A DNA stretch of 64,000 nt, taken from assembly GCA_907165135.1 (NCBI GenBank), contig OU015569.1, forward strand, positions 8,184,001 to 8,248,000, given 5' to 3'. Below the pieces are notes generated by a model that saw nothing but the letters and a program-made list of their open reading frames with translations, was not told the origin of the DNA and ran no database searches. Within the stretch, counting starts at the first letter, position 1; each line of letters starts with the position of its first letter. Positions 1 through 13,780 of the stretch are shown piece by piece. A program made the position numbers and the translations under genes. This DNA comes from Oikopleura dioica (Eukaryota; Animalia; Chordata).

Positions 1-3000
1 TCTTGGTTCATACGTGAGTCGCCATATGTTTGTGGTGGGCATCCATGTAAACATCGAACTCATCGATGCATCGAAATGGCGAGCTTGTGGCGTGCCAAAT
101 CGCGATGAGAAGGATGACCGTGCTGATGCTTCGCTCCCCTCCGGAGAGAGTCGCTGTGTTGCCCTTATTCTTGCCCATTTCTGAGAGGGCTTCCATGTCA
201 ATCTTTTGGTCACCGACGATCTTTGACATGTTGATGGTGATCGCTGAATTATTTTTAGCAATCGAGAATCAACAATTTGATCCTTTTATCAAATAGAACT
301 CACTTCCTTGGCTTTGGCTTTTAGCGTTGAGGTCGAATTTCTCTGGGATGATTTTACACTCGCCCTCGTATTTGTTTCCTCGGCAGATGTGGCTAAAGAA
401 GTGGGAGACTCGTTGAGCTTGATCCTCAACAAGGCTATTGAGCTCCGAGAGGCGAATTCTCACTGCAGCTTCTATCTTCCCAGTGGCCTGAAATTTATAA
501 ATAGTAAGAGTTAAAAAATTAAACTAACGATTTGACGAGCCTTGAGATTCGTCTTTTTCTTCTTGTAGGTCTCGGCTGCTTCCTCCGCGGCTCGCTTGAT
601 GTCTTCGTAATCCTTGTCGGAGCTCTTGACATTGATTTTCAAGTCACGAGAGATCTTCTCCCGCTCGTCAGTCAGCAGCTTTTTCGTAAGCGGTTTGGTT
701 GGGCGCTCGCAGTGGCTTTCCGCGATTCGAACGGCGTTTTCAGCTTCCTTCTTCCATTTCTCCACGTCAGCCTTTTTCGCGACGATCTTATCTTCGACAT
801 CTTTCTTCGCCAGCTTGATCTCCTTCAGTTCCTTCTCGATTTTCCTGGCGTCATTTTCCCTGCGAAGTTTTCGTGCTTCTAGGGCCTCAAGCTCTTGCAT
901 GCGTTTGTCGAGCATTTCTCCCTCACGAGCGCAAACTTCTTTCTTTTCATCAATCTTGCGTTCCGCGTATTCCATTCTTTCTTCGATGCCTACAAGCTGA
1001 TCTTTCTTCGCATCGATCTCTGCCTGGCTGTGCTGGATCTCGGTCATCAACTGCGCATGACGGCCGTCAGTATTGACAACGAGTTCTCGGAGCTGCTTCT
1101 CAAAATGCTCATCTTTCCTCATGCATCCCTTGATCAGATTATCTAAGTTTGCACGAATCTGCTCCTTCTTTCTTATAACGTCCTTCTTTTCGCCAGCTCT
1201 TTTCTGCCATTTTTTGAAATCATTCTGATAGGCCTCGTGCTCCCGTTTCGCTTGTCCAAGATCCTAAAAATATCATGTTAGAGCAGTTGTTAGTCGAGTA
1301 CTGATTGGTAATAGACAAACTAAAAAAGACAAATTACCCTTGCATTCTGGTCGGTGATACTCTGGAAATCGTTGGACTCGCACAGATAACGCGCGACGAG
1401 ATCGTTACTTCCTCCACTGACACCAGAACGGTACTTGAACTCGCCGCCTTTCGTGGTTAGCACACTCGGGTAGTTCGATCCACCGGGGTTACTTACTTCG
1501 GACTGAGCAATGTCCTGAGCAGCCTCTTCATCGTCGCAGAGCAAGAAGTAGTTCAACTGGCTCCAAGAGATGATCAGATTCTCCACAGCGAGATGATTAA
1601 TTTTCAAGACTTTGAGTCCCGAAGGGTATCGCGTATGATACGCCTCCTTGAAACTTCGTCGGTTGCGAAAGGAGTCCGACACAAAGTCCTGCTGGTAGAT
1701 GCTGGGCACGTTGTTGGTGATGCTCTTGATGATCGCAGCTTAAGAACACATTAGAGAGTATTTTTGATCTCATCACTAAACAGGCTGGTTGACACATTAT
1801 AGTTTTACTATATTTAAAAGTAGACTTACTCAGTTTCATCTTGTCCTCCAGAGTGAATACGATGTATCCATGGAGAGTGGCGGCAAGTTGTTTCTCGATA
1901 ACACCGGCGTATTTTTGGTAGCTATCGTGAATATCAATGTGATTGCCAATCGGGCCAACAGGCTCCTTAATCCACCGAGCAGTTGCAATCTTCCGGGCAA
2001 TCTCCCCGGCGTAAGGACCAAACTTATTTTCTTTCGCCGAGGATCGTCGTCGGATCTCGTCCCTTTCCCGCTCTAACTCTTGAATGCGCTTCTCGCCTTG
2101 ATGGATGGCAGCCCTGGCTCCGTCGATATTCGAGACAATTATCTCCAATTGCTCTCTAGCTTCTTTCATGGTAGGCTCTACTTCCTCAACCAACTTGAGT
2201 TTTTTCTCTTCCATTAGTTCACGATTAGCAAGACGCGCTTCCTCCAATTGAGCCTGTTTCTCGACGACAGGGTTGTCCTTGTAAGACTTCAGCTGACGCT
2301 TGCAGTTGGTGATCTTTCGTTCAGCGTGAGTAATATCATCCTCCAGCTTTGACTTGAGGCGAAGGTCTTTGTTTTGCTCGGCCTCCTGCTTCTTCTGCTC
2401 CTTTTCCAACGCGCTCACTTTGTCCTTAAAGTCCTTTAACTCCGCCCTTAAAAATTAAATCAACAAAAAGAGTCAATAAAGAAGTAAGGAAAAATACTTA
2501 CTGGATTCTAACACGGTCTCGTTCATCCACTCCATCATCCTGGTTATTAAGGAGTGCCTGTTTATCTTTCTCTCGATCCTCGACCTGTTCCAAAAGGTTC
2601 TCGTAGTCGGCAACCTTTTTCGTGGCTTTCTTTAACTGTGCCTCAGCAAGAGGCACTTCCGTCCACTTTTCCAAACTGTCGAGTTGGAGTTGTCTGGCTT
2701 GAGCGCTTCGCTTTCTTTCGCAAAGCTTAAGCTTTCCAACGGCCTCTTCCTTCAATTTTTTTTGCTCTTTCAGGTCTGTCACTCGCCTTTGCTGTTTCGC
2801 CTTCTGCTCCTCCCAATTATCGCGCATTTCGTTGTAGCTGCTCTTGAGCTCGTCGATGCTCGTACCGCGGGAGAAGTGCTCGTAAAGCTTCTTCGGGTTT
2901 CCCTTCATGAAGTTCTTGATCGTTTCTTGTGTCATGATCGTGAAGGGATTCGTCGCCTGGTAGTTTCAAGTTAGAATTTCGTCTTTACTAACAGAATTAC

Positions 3001-3736
3001 CTGAATCTTGAAGTAGTTGGCGATGAGCTTGATCTGCGCGGCGGTAACTTTTTCGCGTCGGCTGTTTGTGCCCGTCAAGTAGTAGCTCGAATATGAGGCC
3101 GTGATCTGCCGCTCGAAAGTGATGTCGCTTCCGTAAGTTTCATACTTGTACGGATTAGGGCCCTCATTGCTGATCGTAATTTTGATGGTTGCCTTCTGCT
3201 GGCGCCCGCTAGGACCTCTACGAATCCAACCAACGACGGAGCCTTTCTTTCCCGTATCAGTCTGTTTTCCACCAAATACTGCCGTGAGCGCATTCATTGT
3301 CGCACTTTTCCCTAAATTCAGATTGTTTCCTGATGAAGCTTCGATAATGGCTTACCGCTGCCGTTCTTTCCAGTGATGAAAGTAATTCGATCGCCAAAGT
3401 CGAGTTCCAACATGCGATGACACATGAAGTTCTGCAGAACCATCTAAAAGGTCAAGTAAGTATAACCGAAAATCAAACATGCTTCGACAATAGTGGTTTT
3501 TTCATATATTTCTGAGCTACCTTCTTTAGTTTATGGGCTCCTTGGTGAACGATCTCGTCCTCTCCGCCTTCCTCAGACTCATCGCCACTATCTGAATCAC
3601 CAGGGGGTGGAGGGGGAGAATCAGGTACTTCGTTGTCTTCTTCTTCTTCGTCCTCTTCTTGCTCCTTCCGCCGCTTTGGGTTCTTGCCCGACAGAGAAGC
3701 CGGGGAAGTGGAACGCCGCTTCGTCCCTTCGCCCAT
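1..3736 (-). CDS. SMC6: Structural maintenance of chromosomes protein 6, multi-exon, 3' end runs off the window start
   Basis: N-terminal [28 protein letters not shown] (Walker A, split by an intron near 3355). Long coiled coils and hinge. C-terminal LSGGERS signature and [12 protein letters not shown] (Walker B/D-loop) at 8-229. ATG at 3736 follows TTTTTAG-AA. Confidence 0.93.
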
Positions 3737-3960
3737 TTCTAAAAAGTGTCTCTGTTAGTTTCTCTATTTGAAAATCTATGCAGAATTAGGCTGAGTCGAG
3801 GGAGATGGCTCAACTTTGCCTTCTTGGAGGAATGGAGAGGATTCCGACCAACCACGGCAAGCCGGAGATTTTTGCGTAGGCCGATCAAAAATCAAGGAGG
3901 AAGCTTATTTATTGCACATTGTTGGAAGGAAGAATCGCCAATCACGAGTAAGCGAAGAAT

Positions 3961-5897
3961 TCACGATAAATGATGAGTCATTGTTTTTGGGGTGAAAACG
4001 GTATTCGTGACGACTTGAATATCTACATTGAATTTGCCTTCCAGGTTTTTGATCTGCTTCGCTTCTGCAAATGTCAGACCGCCGATGACAACAACGAGTA
4101 TCCTTGAGAAGTCTAAAACAATCATTGTTAGAAATTGAAAAATAGCATTTCTGACCTTTAGGATGCGAGGGTTTCGCCGACCCATTTCCACCAAAGAAGC
4201 CAAATCCCGACGATAACTTTCCAAGGAGCCCGTCTTCAATTTTCTCGATGAAGTTCGGGACAGGCATGCCTATGAGTAGTGTCTCTAGGATTTGGGCCGA
4301 GCCATATGTGCCGTACCGCTTATTGCACATTGCTAGGTCCGCTTTCATTTGACCAAAACGCTGCTCCACCCTTGATCTGATTTCATCCAGCGTTGCTGAA
4401 TCAATGAGTTTTTTTCGTTGATGCCCGTCAACACTTACGATTTGGCGGAAGAAAAAACATTGGGAAAGCTTTCATTCTTTGGTTGGGTGTACATTTGTTC
4501 AAATATAAAGCAAAAGATGCTTCCAGAATTTGAAACTCTTCTCTCTTCTCTGGCGACACGCGTGTCAGGTCGAAAGTCGAAAGGTAGTGAAGATAGTCAG
4601 CCACGAGAAGCTCGACGGGAGCATCCTCTGGATAGCTTGAAATTTTAGTTTTCAAACTGCCAAAATCCATCGAAACAGAGGCCAAGTTTCCCGATAACAA
4701 TTGTGCGGCGGAGAAAAGACCTTCATTCTCAAGACAAAACGATTTTTTCTTTTTCAGTTTTTCAACCATTTCGCGCAAGTCGCCGTTAATATTCGCTTTC
4801 ATCGAAATTATACTCTCAACCACCTTCTTCGAGTATTCAAGGCTCTCCGTTTTCAGCGCATCAAATAGCTTCACGTCGTCAGAATTTCTCGGAAAGAGTA
4901 GACTCGATCCAAGATCGGCGCCTCCTTCTTTGATAGGGAGTAACGGGTTACTGGCAGCAAAGATGAGATCAGCCGCTGTTGGCTCGAGTTTATCTTTCCC
5001 GAACTCTACTAGCCGGTCAAAAAGAAGCACTGCTTGCTGATTGAGCTCTGATTTACTATTTGTCTGCAGGAGACGCTCAGCAACAATTTTCGAGATTTCG
5101 CCCGCTGCCCACAGGGACATTTCGACACCACTTTGCATTTCAGCCAGGACGGCGGAGAAGGACAAAATCTCGATTTGGTCTTGCTTCGGAAGATTGTGGA
5201 ATGAGAAACCGGGAACATTGGGAGAGCCTATGCGATGAATTTGGCTCTGGAAGAGAGGACGGATCTGCGATTGAATGAGCTCGATGGAGTCGTTGGAAAA
5301 TTTGTTCGAAAACGAAAGATTTCGAAGGGCAGGAATCGCCTTCGTCAAGACCTTTTGGAGGGATGGATTGGATTCCCGCAACTTGTCGGAGAACTGCTGG
5401 TAAAAGGCACTCTCCGAGACTGTCACCGATCCGTAAAGGTGAAAGTGAGTAGACGTTGATACGCTTGTGTAGACGAAAGCGTTTTTCCAATCTTGACTGG
5501 AGACGGTCCTCTTAATGAGATCGACTGTCTCTCCGATAAGCGGCCTAAAATTCGACTTGATCCGATCGTCTTCCATAGAATAAGTTAAACACACTACGAT
5601 TCTATTTTCTCTACCTGGAGACGAGAACCACGACACTGCGTCCAAACTTTGTCACCGGGCTGAAAATGGACTGGACGGACTGTCCATCAGCCGAGGTGAC
5701 GAATTCTAACCCCCCTCGGAAAAGCAAGGGCTGGACGATTCCATTGTCGAGGATGATGTCTCAATAACGGTTCGGAGGAAGGACGAGAGCTTATTTAGTC
5801 ACAGTTAATTATAAAAGCGAACGAAGCCATCAAAATGATAAGAACCGGGCCAGCGTCGGCGAAATCCGGAAGCAATTGTTCCCAGGGATCAGAGAGC
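3961..5897 (-). CDS. SCFD2: Sec1/Munc18 family domain-containing protein 2-like
   Basis: LIGETVDLIKRTVSSQDWKNAFVYTSVSTSTHFHL resembles the SCFD2 N-terminal block. C-terminal ILVVVIGGLTFAEAKQIK...VVTNTVFTP is the Sec1-family end. Putative start MLSDPWEQLL at 5897; splicing of the first exons is not resolved. Confidence 0.75.
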
Positions 5898-6036
5898 ATT
5901 GCTCTGAAATAATTCTTTTTTTCTTTCAGACTTTGAGAATTTGAACTTTTTGTATTAGTGGCAGAGTAGGAAAATGAATGAATGCGAATAAATACAGATT
6001 TGAAAAGCACGACTATATGCAGCGAAAGGGGCCATT

Positions 6037-6932
6037 TCAGCGCAGTTTGATATAAATCGTGAGCAAAATAAAGAAGACGAGCCCGGCGACAATAGAATAA
6101 AGAATCACACGATTTTGAAGAGCTCTCCTGATCATGCCGCTGAGAATACGCGAAGATTCGCCAAGATTGAACTCTGTATCCCTTGAAATCACTTTAACTC
6201 ACTGGAAAAGAGACTAGTTGCGTTGGATACCTAACACGAGCTCTTGTGCGGTTGATGGTCTCTCTGTCTTTTTGCAAGTTGCTGAGAATGTCAGCTCCAA
6301 TCTGTTCGGACTCAATAGCAACTCTGTTTGCCTCTTGAAGCCGCCTCGTGCCTCGTTCGATGCGATCTACACTTTCAAGCAGCGCCGAGTTTTCCGTGTC
6401 GTCGTACATTTCGGCCGCCACAGTAGCCCCGATCAACTCATGCCGAGATTTGATTTGCTGCACTGTGTCCATGGCAGATTGGAACTCTCCTTCTACCTTC
6501 TTCATTTCTCCTTGATACGCCTTCAATTTGCTTTGATACTTCTGTCGACCTAAAAATTTTCCTATCAGCTCTGAATCGAGATATTGATCCGGAGCAAGTT
6601 AGCATCAAAGTTCGATTCCGACTTTACAAACTGCAAACTTACTCTCTTTGGGTATTTCTCGAACTTCGAGCTCGAATTGCTCCAAGATTTCTTTGGCTTC
6701 TTTCATATCATCGTGGATTTGGCGTTTTATGTTTGCGATTTCGGCCGACGCGTTCGGCGTTTCACGACCAGTCCGAAGTAAAGAAGCAATCTTTGCCGTT
6801 GCATCTGCTGTCGAGTTGCTTTTTGTCGGGATAGAAATGTTGCAAGCGCTTGAATTGATTCTAGCGAAAGGCAATCAAAAGAACAATTTATCCCTCGCCA
6901 AACTGTTGTTCGTATGTCTTCAGCAGACTCAT
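6037..6932 (-). CDS. VTI1A: Vesicle transport Qb-SNARE Vti1
   Basis: MSLLKTYEQQF; Habc domain (AKEILEQFELEVREIP); SNARE motif ERGTRRLQEANRVAIESEQIGADILSNLQKDRETINRTR; C-terminal TM VILYSIVAGLVFFILLTIYI; stop at 6037. Confidence 0.88.
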
Positions 6933-8893
6933 AATAAGAGGCTTTTTCTCGTGCGTTCCGAACCGTTTTTGCCGTTCTATAAAACACATAATTTTATTAC
7001 CTACTATCATTGAAAATAACAATATTCGATTTTCGATGCAAAGTTAACTTCAAATTTCTTGTAGAGATTCTCTACTAGAGCGAATGTCCGAGCATAATTC
7101 TACGAAAGGAGAGATTTAAAAAAGAACCGGAATCGATGTGGCGCAGCGCAACTTCTCTTCCAGCGAAGATCTGAACCAATCAGCTCGGCGGCGCCTGCTC
7201 CCAGCAGCAGCAACAGCCTTCGAGTGGGGATCATCCAGCCAACTGGACAAGTCGCGGCGGCCCCATTTTTTCACAATACTTACAATACAACAAAAAACAA
7301 CCAGTTTCACTTTTGACAAGAGTTATTGAAAAAATACAATCGTATTATTTTTTGGTCTACTAGAGAGCTTTGCTGAACGAAGAAAACTGTATTTTTCTTT
7401 ATATTTCTTACTATTTTGTTCTATTTATAATGTATTTGTAAGAGTCGTAGACATTATCATCCTCTAAAACTATAATTGATTAAAACCATAATTTGGTGAA
7501 TGGGTCTGATTCAGATCAATCCGCCTTTATTCACTAATATTTATTGTCGCGAAATCTTTGGGAAAAAAGTGTTTCCAATTATTATAGAAATATTGTCCCC
7601 TTTACTTAATTAACCCGGCCTAATGACTTATCCGCAAATGAGTACATGTAGTACTGCAGCAGTCTGCTACTAAAAGTAGCAGTGGACGACTGTAGTGACT
7701 TCGATCCGAGTTGAACGAGGTTGTCAACAAGTGCTGGAATAGGTTAATATTTCATTGCCGCTTTATAGGAAATATGCCAAGATTCGCTATCCCAAATAGC
7801 TCTAGCTCGTGCCTTATTCCCCAATCAATATTCTTAGAAAGTATCAATGTCACTAAATTCCTTTCTGAGCGAGTATTTCTCCCTTTTCTTTTCTCAATCG
7901 AAAGAGAAAATGCAAACGCTTTCGTCGCCCATGGGAAGTAGAAAGTGGTTCTTTCAATATTCAAGAAATTAATGTGTGGATATGTAAATGAAGGGCTGTC
8001 CGATGACATACACACACTCGCATCAAACTCAATCGATCTTTTCGGATAAGTCTATTTTTAAAATAAGGAAAAGCGCCCTAATCGGGATTATTTGTCTGCT
8101 CCCTCTCTCTGTTTTCTTATTCACACGGCTACTTTCGCCGTGATTTATTTATGCAAATTGATAAGTTTTTAAAAGACTGTCATTTATTGCCAAAACGAGA
8201 AAGAAAGAGAGTGAGCGCGCCTGTAGTGGCAGTACAGTGCATGGCGAGTAGAGAAAGCGGAGATTATTATTTTTTTGACTACCAAAAGAAATATTTTTTG
8301 TTTCATTCCTTATTGAAGCGCTTCTGAGTAGACTTGAGGTAAGTCACTTTCAACAAAATATTTATTCGAGAGTGATGAATCTTTAATTGCGACAAGAAAA
8401 AGACCTCCTTCTCTCGCCAAGGCACCTTTTCCCTCAAGAGTACGAGAACTTGCCAAACGAAAATAATGATTCTATCAATAATAGAAATCTTTGTTTTATA
8501 TCGTCTGTTGAGCCTTTTGCTTTCTCGTCGATCACTTCTTCTTTCAACTGGGGGCAATTAAGAACCCGCCTCCGCCGCTAGAATCTTTCAACTTTGAGTT
8601 TCTGAAATCGCTTAGCTTTGTTGACTGTATATTGATTTCGGGGCATGTCCGGTTTACGCTCATCATTTTACACTGGTCGCTAAATGCCGATCGATACCTC
8701 CCCCGCTCATAGTTTTCTCGCCGTTTTCTTTAGTCATCCCAGACAAGCGCCTTAGTTACTATACCCCCCACTCTGTTTTTGCTACGATCGTACGCTCTTT
8801 GTGCCCATGACTAGGTTTGAGAAAAGCTTGAGTGTCCTGCGTTTACCTTTTTTCTTCACTAGTGCAAGTCTAAGCCTATCATCTTTTGAAAGA

Positions 8894-10365
8894 ATGTCGC
8901 GAGACAAAGAGCGGGCGCTTGATGAGCAGATCGCCCAGCTCCAACGCGAAGTTCTGGACTTAGACCATCGGCTCCGACATGAGCGAGAAAAGCTGGCAGA
9001 TATAGAGCTGTTCATCGCTGGTGGAACTCTAGGAAATGGTTTGCCGAGATAATGAACGTTTCCTCTCAGAGAGACACAGAGAAAAAACCTGCTTAACAGA
9101 TCCGATGCGCCCCGCCAGCTACAGACTCGTCCGGGTGATGAAGAGGCATCAAGACAAAGTCCTGTGTTGCGCGTGGGGCACTAATTCAAGAAGAATTGTT
9201 TCCAGCTCAAAAGAAGGCGCAGTGGTATGTCGCCGCATTTTGAAACGTTTCTGTATTAAGAATTCAAGGTCGTCTGGGAAGCTGGCCTTGACAAAAGAAT
9301 TGATACAGTGGTGTTGCCTACTACGTGGGTGAATTCATGTGCCTTGTCCCCTTCGGGGGAACTGATCGCCGCTGGCGGCATGGACAATAAATGTGCCCTG
9401 TTCCGCGTGCGAGAGGGCGACGGCGAACGAGAGAAGAGGTAATGACAGCGTTGCCCGCGCTCGTCCCTTCAAGATTGATTACAGTTTAATTTAATAGTCA
9501 TAGCCACAGTTCTCTCGGCTCCGTGCTTCTGGAAACAGGCATTCGGGAGCCGCCACTCCCTAGTCCAACTGCACACACCAAAAAAGTATGCTCCCTTTAT
9601 ACGCATTAGCTTGCATTTGTTAAGGTCGTCGCTATACATACGTCTTTTTTATCATTTTGTACTTTTCTTCACTCCGAACATCAACTTATTACTGCCTCGG
9701 GCGATGGCACGACCGCCTTATGGGATGTTGAGTCCACATCCATGATTCAAGTGAGAACAGCCACTCTCCTTCTTTTCTACTGATCTAATAGGCCTTCCAT
9801 TCACCGGATGCTATTTTGGGCGTAGATGTCCCTCAAGACGATTCAAACTTACTGGCTTCTGCTGGATGTGACCAAGTGATTCGAATATGGGATGTTCGAT
9901 CGGATCAGTGCGTCCAAACTTTCAGAGGCCACACAGGTAATCTGCCTCTGCTGATTTCTTTATAACGTCAATTGAGACGACGTGAACGACGTCCGCTGGT
10001 CTCCGACGGGAGATGCCATCGCTTCCGCCTCGGACGATTCGACAATTCGCCTATTCGATCTTCGGGCCGACGCTGAACTGGGCTGCTACCAAAGAAAACC
10101 TGTTATGTTTAGCTGCAATTCTATAGACTTTTCGGTGAGAGCCCCGATCTCACTTACAACTTGTTGACGAGTGTTTCAGATATCAGGGAGGCTCATCTTC
10201 GGCGGGTACAACGACTACTTGATTCATTTATGGGACTCGATGCAAGGAATCAAGGTCGGCTGCGTGTTCGCTCATGAAAATCGCGTGACAGCTTTACGCC
10301 GCTGCCCCGACGGAACTTCTTTCGCCACTGCCAGCTGGGATAATACCGTCAAAGTTTGGGCTTAA
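8894..10365 (+). CDS. GNB5: G protein beta subunit 5 (WD40)
   Basis: N-terminal coiled coil, then WD repeats: [65 protein letters not shown]. The terminal WA is typical of Gbeta5 rather than Gbeta1-4 (WN). Confidence 0.88.
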
Positions 10366-12524
10366 TTATTATGCACCAGCAGTTATATTCTGGCCTATTC
10401 AACAACCGAAACAATGTACAACTCATTTAAAACCTAAACCGTTGTGTTTTATAAAAATTGTATTTATGTTTGCATGAATGCTTCACACTCTTCTATCCTT
10501 GAATCCTCAAACAAAACTTGGAGAACCGCTCATCGTTCTCTGGCTCGCTGTACATGAAAAACTGCTTCTAGTTTGTAAAGATTAACTCGTTCCAAATATA
10601 CTGACTTATACATACAGATCATTTCATCTCTTAGAAATTATATGATATTATATTAATATTGCAGTGTGTTATATTAAAGATGAAGACAAGTTCTTTTTAC
10701 CTCAGAAAAAGCATCGTCGATAAAGTTGCATTAGCAGTTTCGTACGAATCAGCCCCGCGCTTTTGCGAATTTTGAATATTGCCTAGAATTAACAAATAAT
10801 ACTTCAATTCCAGTTTCTTTTCGAACGTTCAAGATCTACCCTCGCCCTCTACTTATTCCTCGTCCTGAATCGCTTCACTGTCTTGTATTCTTCAAACTCG
10901 TTCGCACGTTCTATTTGGATTTTGGTGAAATTCTTGAGTTTCTTTCTTTTAGACACCAACGATGCGTTATGAGTGAGAGAGATCCCAACTATCATGTACC
11001 CTACTATGAACCGACCTCGAATCAATCAACCGACGCCTGGCAGAGACCTTATGCACAAGTAGAAACAGATCACTGGCAAAGTGAATGCAATCCTCATCTT
11101 GCTCGACAATCTATTGGAAGAATACCGCCGACCGTCACATCTCACGTTTCTCTTAATTAATATTACCTCTATTCACTTTCATGTTTAGTCACATCACGAA
11201 AGAATCGCTATGCCAAAAGTGAATGAAGACATGCCTATTTCCCCGCCGATGGGAATGAATTACCGCGCTCAACTTCCGAGGGAGCATGCTATGCCATGGA
11301 AAGCACCACAAATGGCACACTCTGTTGGTTATCAGCCAGAGTCGTATCATATGGGTATGTAATGTGTAAACGTCTTTAAGAAAGAACTTTTTATAAGCTC
11401 ACTCGTATGGCCCATCTGAAACCGATTTGCGGAGATTGTTGACGCTTGAAAGACGGGTTGAGCGTCTTGAGAATGAAAACGATGGCCTGAATATCGAAAA
11501 TGCCAAATTGAAGAGTCAATACATGTGCACACTGGATAGAATCGCCTCTCATATAGCAAGCAGCTTCGTAAAACAGCAACTAGTCTGTGATCAAGCAGTT
11601 TTCGCTCAATCGTCTCCGCAGAGTAATTATGGCTCAAATGAGCGCTGTAATGGCGGAATACTCAAGGCATCGCAAAACGGAAAAGGCTTTCCAGACTTCA
11701 CAGCAGGTAAACGCATTTAATTATTCAGCCGAATTAAGGATAAATTAAGCATCTGAGCAAGTTTGGTCGGATAGTTCCGATGCCGAAAAAATTGCAAAAG
11801 AATTCCTCGTTAACGACAGACCTGCTATCGCAAGCTCATCTAGCCACAATCACCATTTGCCTTCGACACTGACTTCTGTGATGCCAAACTCATATTCGAA
11901 CCAAAACAATTTAAACATTCCGCCGCCGACTATTGCTCCTATACTTCGACCACATCATCATAATCCACCACACGCTGCCTTCAATACAACTTCCAAAACC
12001 TACGAAGTCATGTCCGCTATCCAGGTACCTAAGAAAATTTGCCTCAAATGAAGTTTGACTGATAGTTATCGACCCCGCGAGATAAACGTCCGAAGACTGT
12101 TTCATTTCAGCCCGAGAGTCGTTCAGGTGAGGCTTCTTTTTTACACTCATTTCCTCTTTCTTTAGTCGGTGCCCCTCCGTTGCAATCAAGACGGATAGAA
12201 GAAGAGCTTGATAGTGACACCGATCAGACAGAAACAGAGAGTGAAAACACAGATAACGGTTTGGGCTCGCGATTATCAAGAGAAATGAGTTAATTTTAGA
12301 AGACGAAAGAGAAGACAGCGCAAATTTAACCAGGACAATCGTCGATACAATCGAAAAGAAGAATATCAATACTCCAGACTCGTTGATTTCGGAACCAATA
12401 ATTCCTTCAAAAATGTCCGTAGTTGTCTCCCCTGGATCTCAAAGGTTTTTTCTTGCGTCGATACGAGTTCAACTTTAATTTAAAAGATGGAGCCTTCAAC
12501 GCAAAGATTCAATACACTCGCTTA

Positions 12525-12780
12525 TGAAGGGATCCTAGCTTCTGCTGAATCTCCCACTTCTAGCGTAGTTTGCCTGCTCTCTATATCTGGACGAGTGAAG
12601 AAAACGAGTAAAGTATCTTTGACGTCTGTATTTCGAGCTGGAGTAAAATAGAGGTTAATTCACGAACTGCGTGAATTACCGAATGGAGAGAAATACACGG
12701 CGGCGACCGAGCAAAGCTCGATCTAGATAAGCAAGTGACCTTAGGGGACGAGGGAGTCTAACGAATCTAAGATCCCAATA
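12525..12780 (-). repeat. 3' LTR
   Basis: 256 bp, identical by eye to 18748-19003. Minus-strand termini TATTGGGATC...GATCCCTTCA. Confidence 0.97.
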
Positions 12781-12787
12781 CCCCCAT
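12781..12787 (-). promoter_or_regulatory. Short polypurine tract
   Basis: ATGGGGG immediately precedes the 3' LTR on the minus strand. Confidence 0.6.
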
Positions 12788-13086
12788 GAGACTGAAACGT
12801 CCTCTAAGGCCAAAGTGTGTGATTTTTGCAGGAGTATAAGCGTAAGATGAGTAACATGGCAGGTTCGAAACGTCGAGGCAGTCTGATTCGCGTTAAAAAC
12901 CCTTTTTGGGAAAAAGCTTGAATCAGATGCGAAGTTTTCGTGATGTCCGAGCGGTGATGACATGAAGGAGTAGCTGCACATGTAGAAGAACTCAAAATAC
13001 GTCGGCGACGGTAAACTGTGATAATTTCCGTACCTTTTCAGGCCCCGGTCGATGAATAGGGGACCTGAGTGGGGCAGTACTTGCGC

Positions 13087-13780
13087 TTAGTCGTATGACT
13101 GACCCGAGTTTGTGCCGATGTTTAGAGGTTCGACGGGCCTCGTTTCACGGTGTGCTCGTTTTGTATGTTTCGGGAGATGAGCTGCTCCAACTTCGGTTAA
13201 AGTCGCATTCGGATCGGCGCCGGCTGAGTATTGACGATCTGGTGAAGACTTTGGACGGGTTCTTTTCTTGCTGTTTTCAGTTGCTGAGCCCTCAACTACT
13301 GTTGAATTTTGTTTATCGACTGACATATGGCTATTGTCGGGCGCAGCAACCTCCGAAATCACTGTAGCATCAGCTGACATGTCCTCGGCAGTTTCATAAA
13401 GAGTACCACCAGAGTACCAGCGATCTGACGGCTCGGCTGGAGCTACCGACGAGTCCAAAATAGATGTAGCGGTTGTATCTCCCAGATTTTCCATGTCCAA
13501 TCGGCGTCTACTTTCCAAAATAGGTGATAGAGATGATCTTGGCGGTTTTTCCATAGCAACCATCGGAGTCGACGCGACCTGAGAAGATTTCCTCCCCCCA
13601 TGCGACTTCGACCCGGACTTTTCCATCGGTTTGGAAGTAGGAACAGGCGATTTTTGTGGGACTTTCGACTTAACGATTTCGGTTAAATGTGGGAATACGT
13701 ACTCGGCCTCGTAGTAATCAATCCAGCGTAAGTCGTGATTTCGTTCTGCGGCGTGAACCACGTGTTCTCGATGGATGAAA
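13087..13780 (-). CDS. Probable disordered C-terminal extension of integrase
   Basis: 224-aa Ser/Thr/Pro-rich ORF. Its frame (GQRDFIHREHVVHAAER) begins directly at the A4 run where the integrase frame stops. Confidence 0.65.

Noticed and set aside
532-1146. Plus-strand ORFs antisense to SMC6 (likewise those antisense to annexin, gag/pol, PCNA and cyclin B)
   Set aside because: Shadow ORFs of strongly supported opposite-strand genes.
5795-5897. 34-aa stand-alone micropeptide MLSDPWEQLL...
   Set aside because: Its N-terminus resembles the SCFD2 start (WEQ-L), so it is more likely the first exon of that gene.
7136-7160. GTGGCGCAGCG resembling a tRNA-iMet A-box
   Set aside because: No B-box or cloverleaf follows.
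12676-12981. 101-aa ORF downstream of pol as an env gene
   Set aside because: It has no signal peptide or TM segment, and a third of it runs into the LTR. At most a remnant or small accessory ORF.
13025-13085. Twister-like ribozyme in the element's 3' region
   Set aside because: Some motifs resemble twister (UGCC, GGUCCC, GC), but the G-A plus pseudoknot strand and P1 do not fit. Hammerhead cores (CUGAnGA/GAAA) are also absent.
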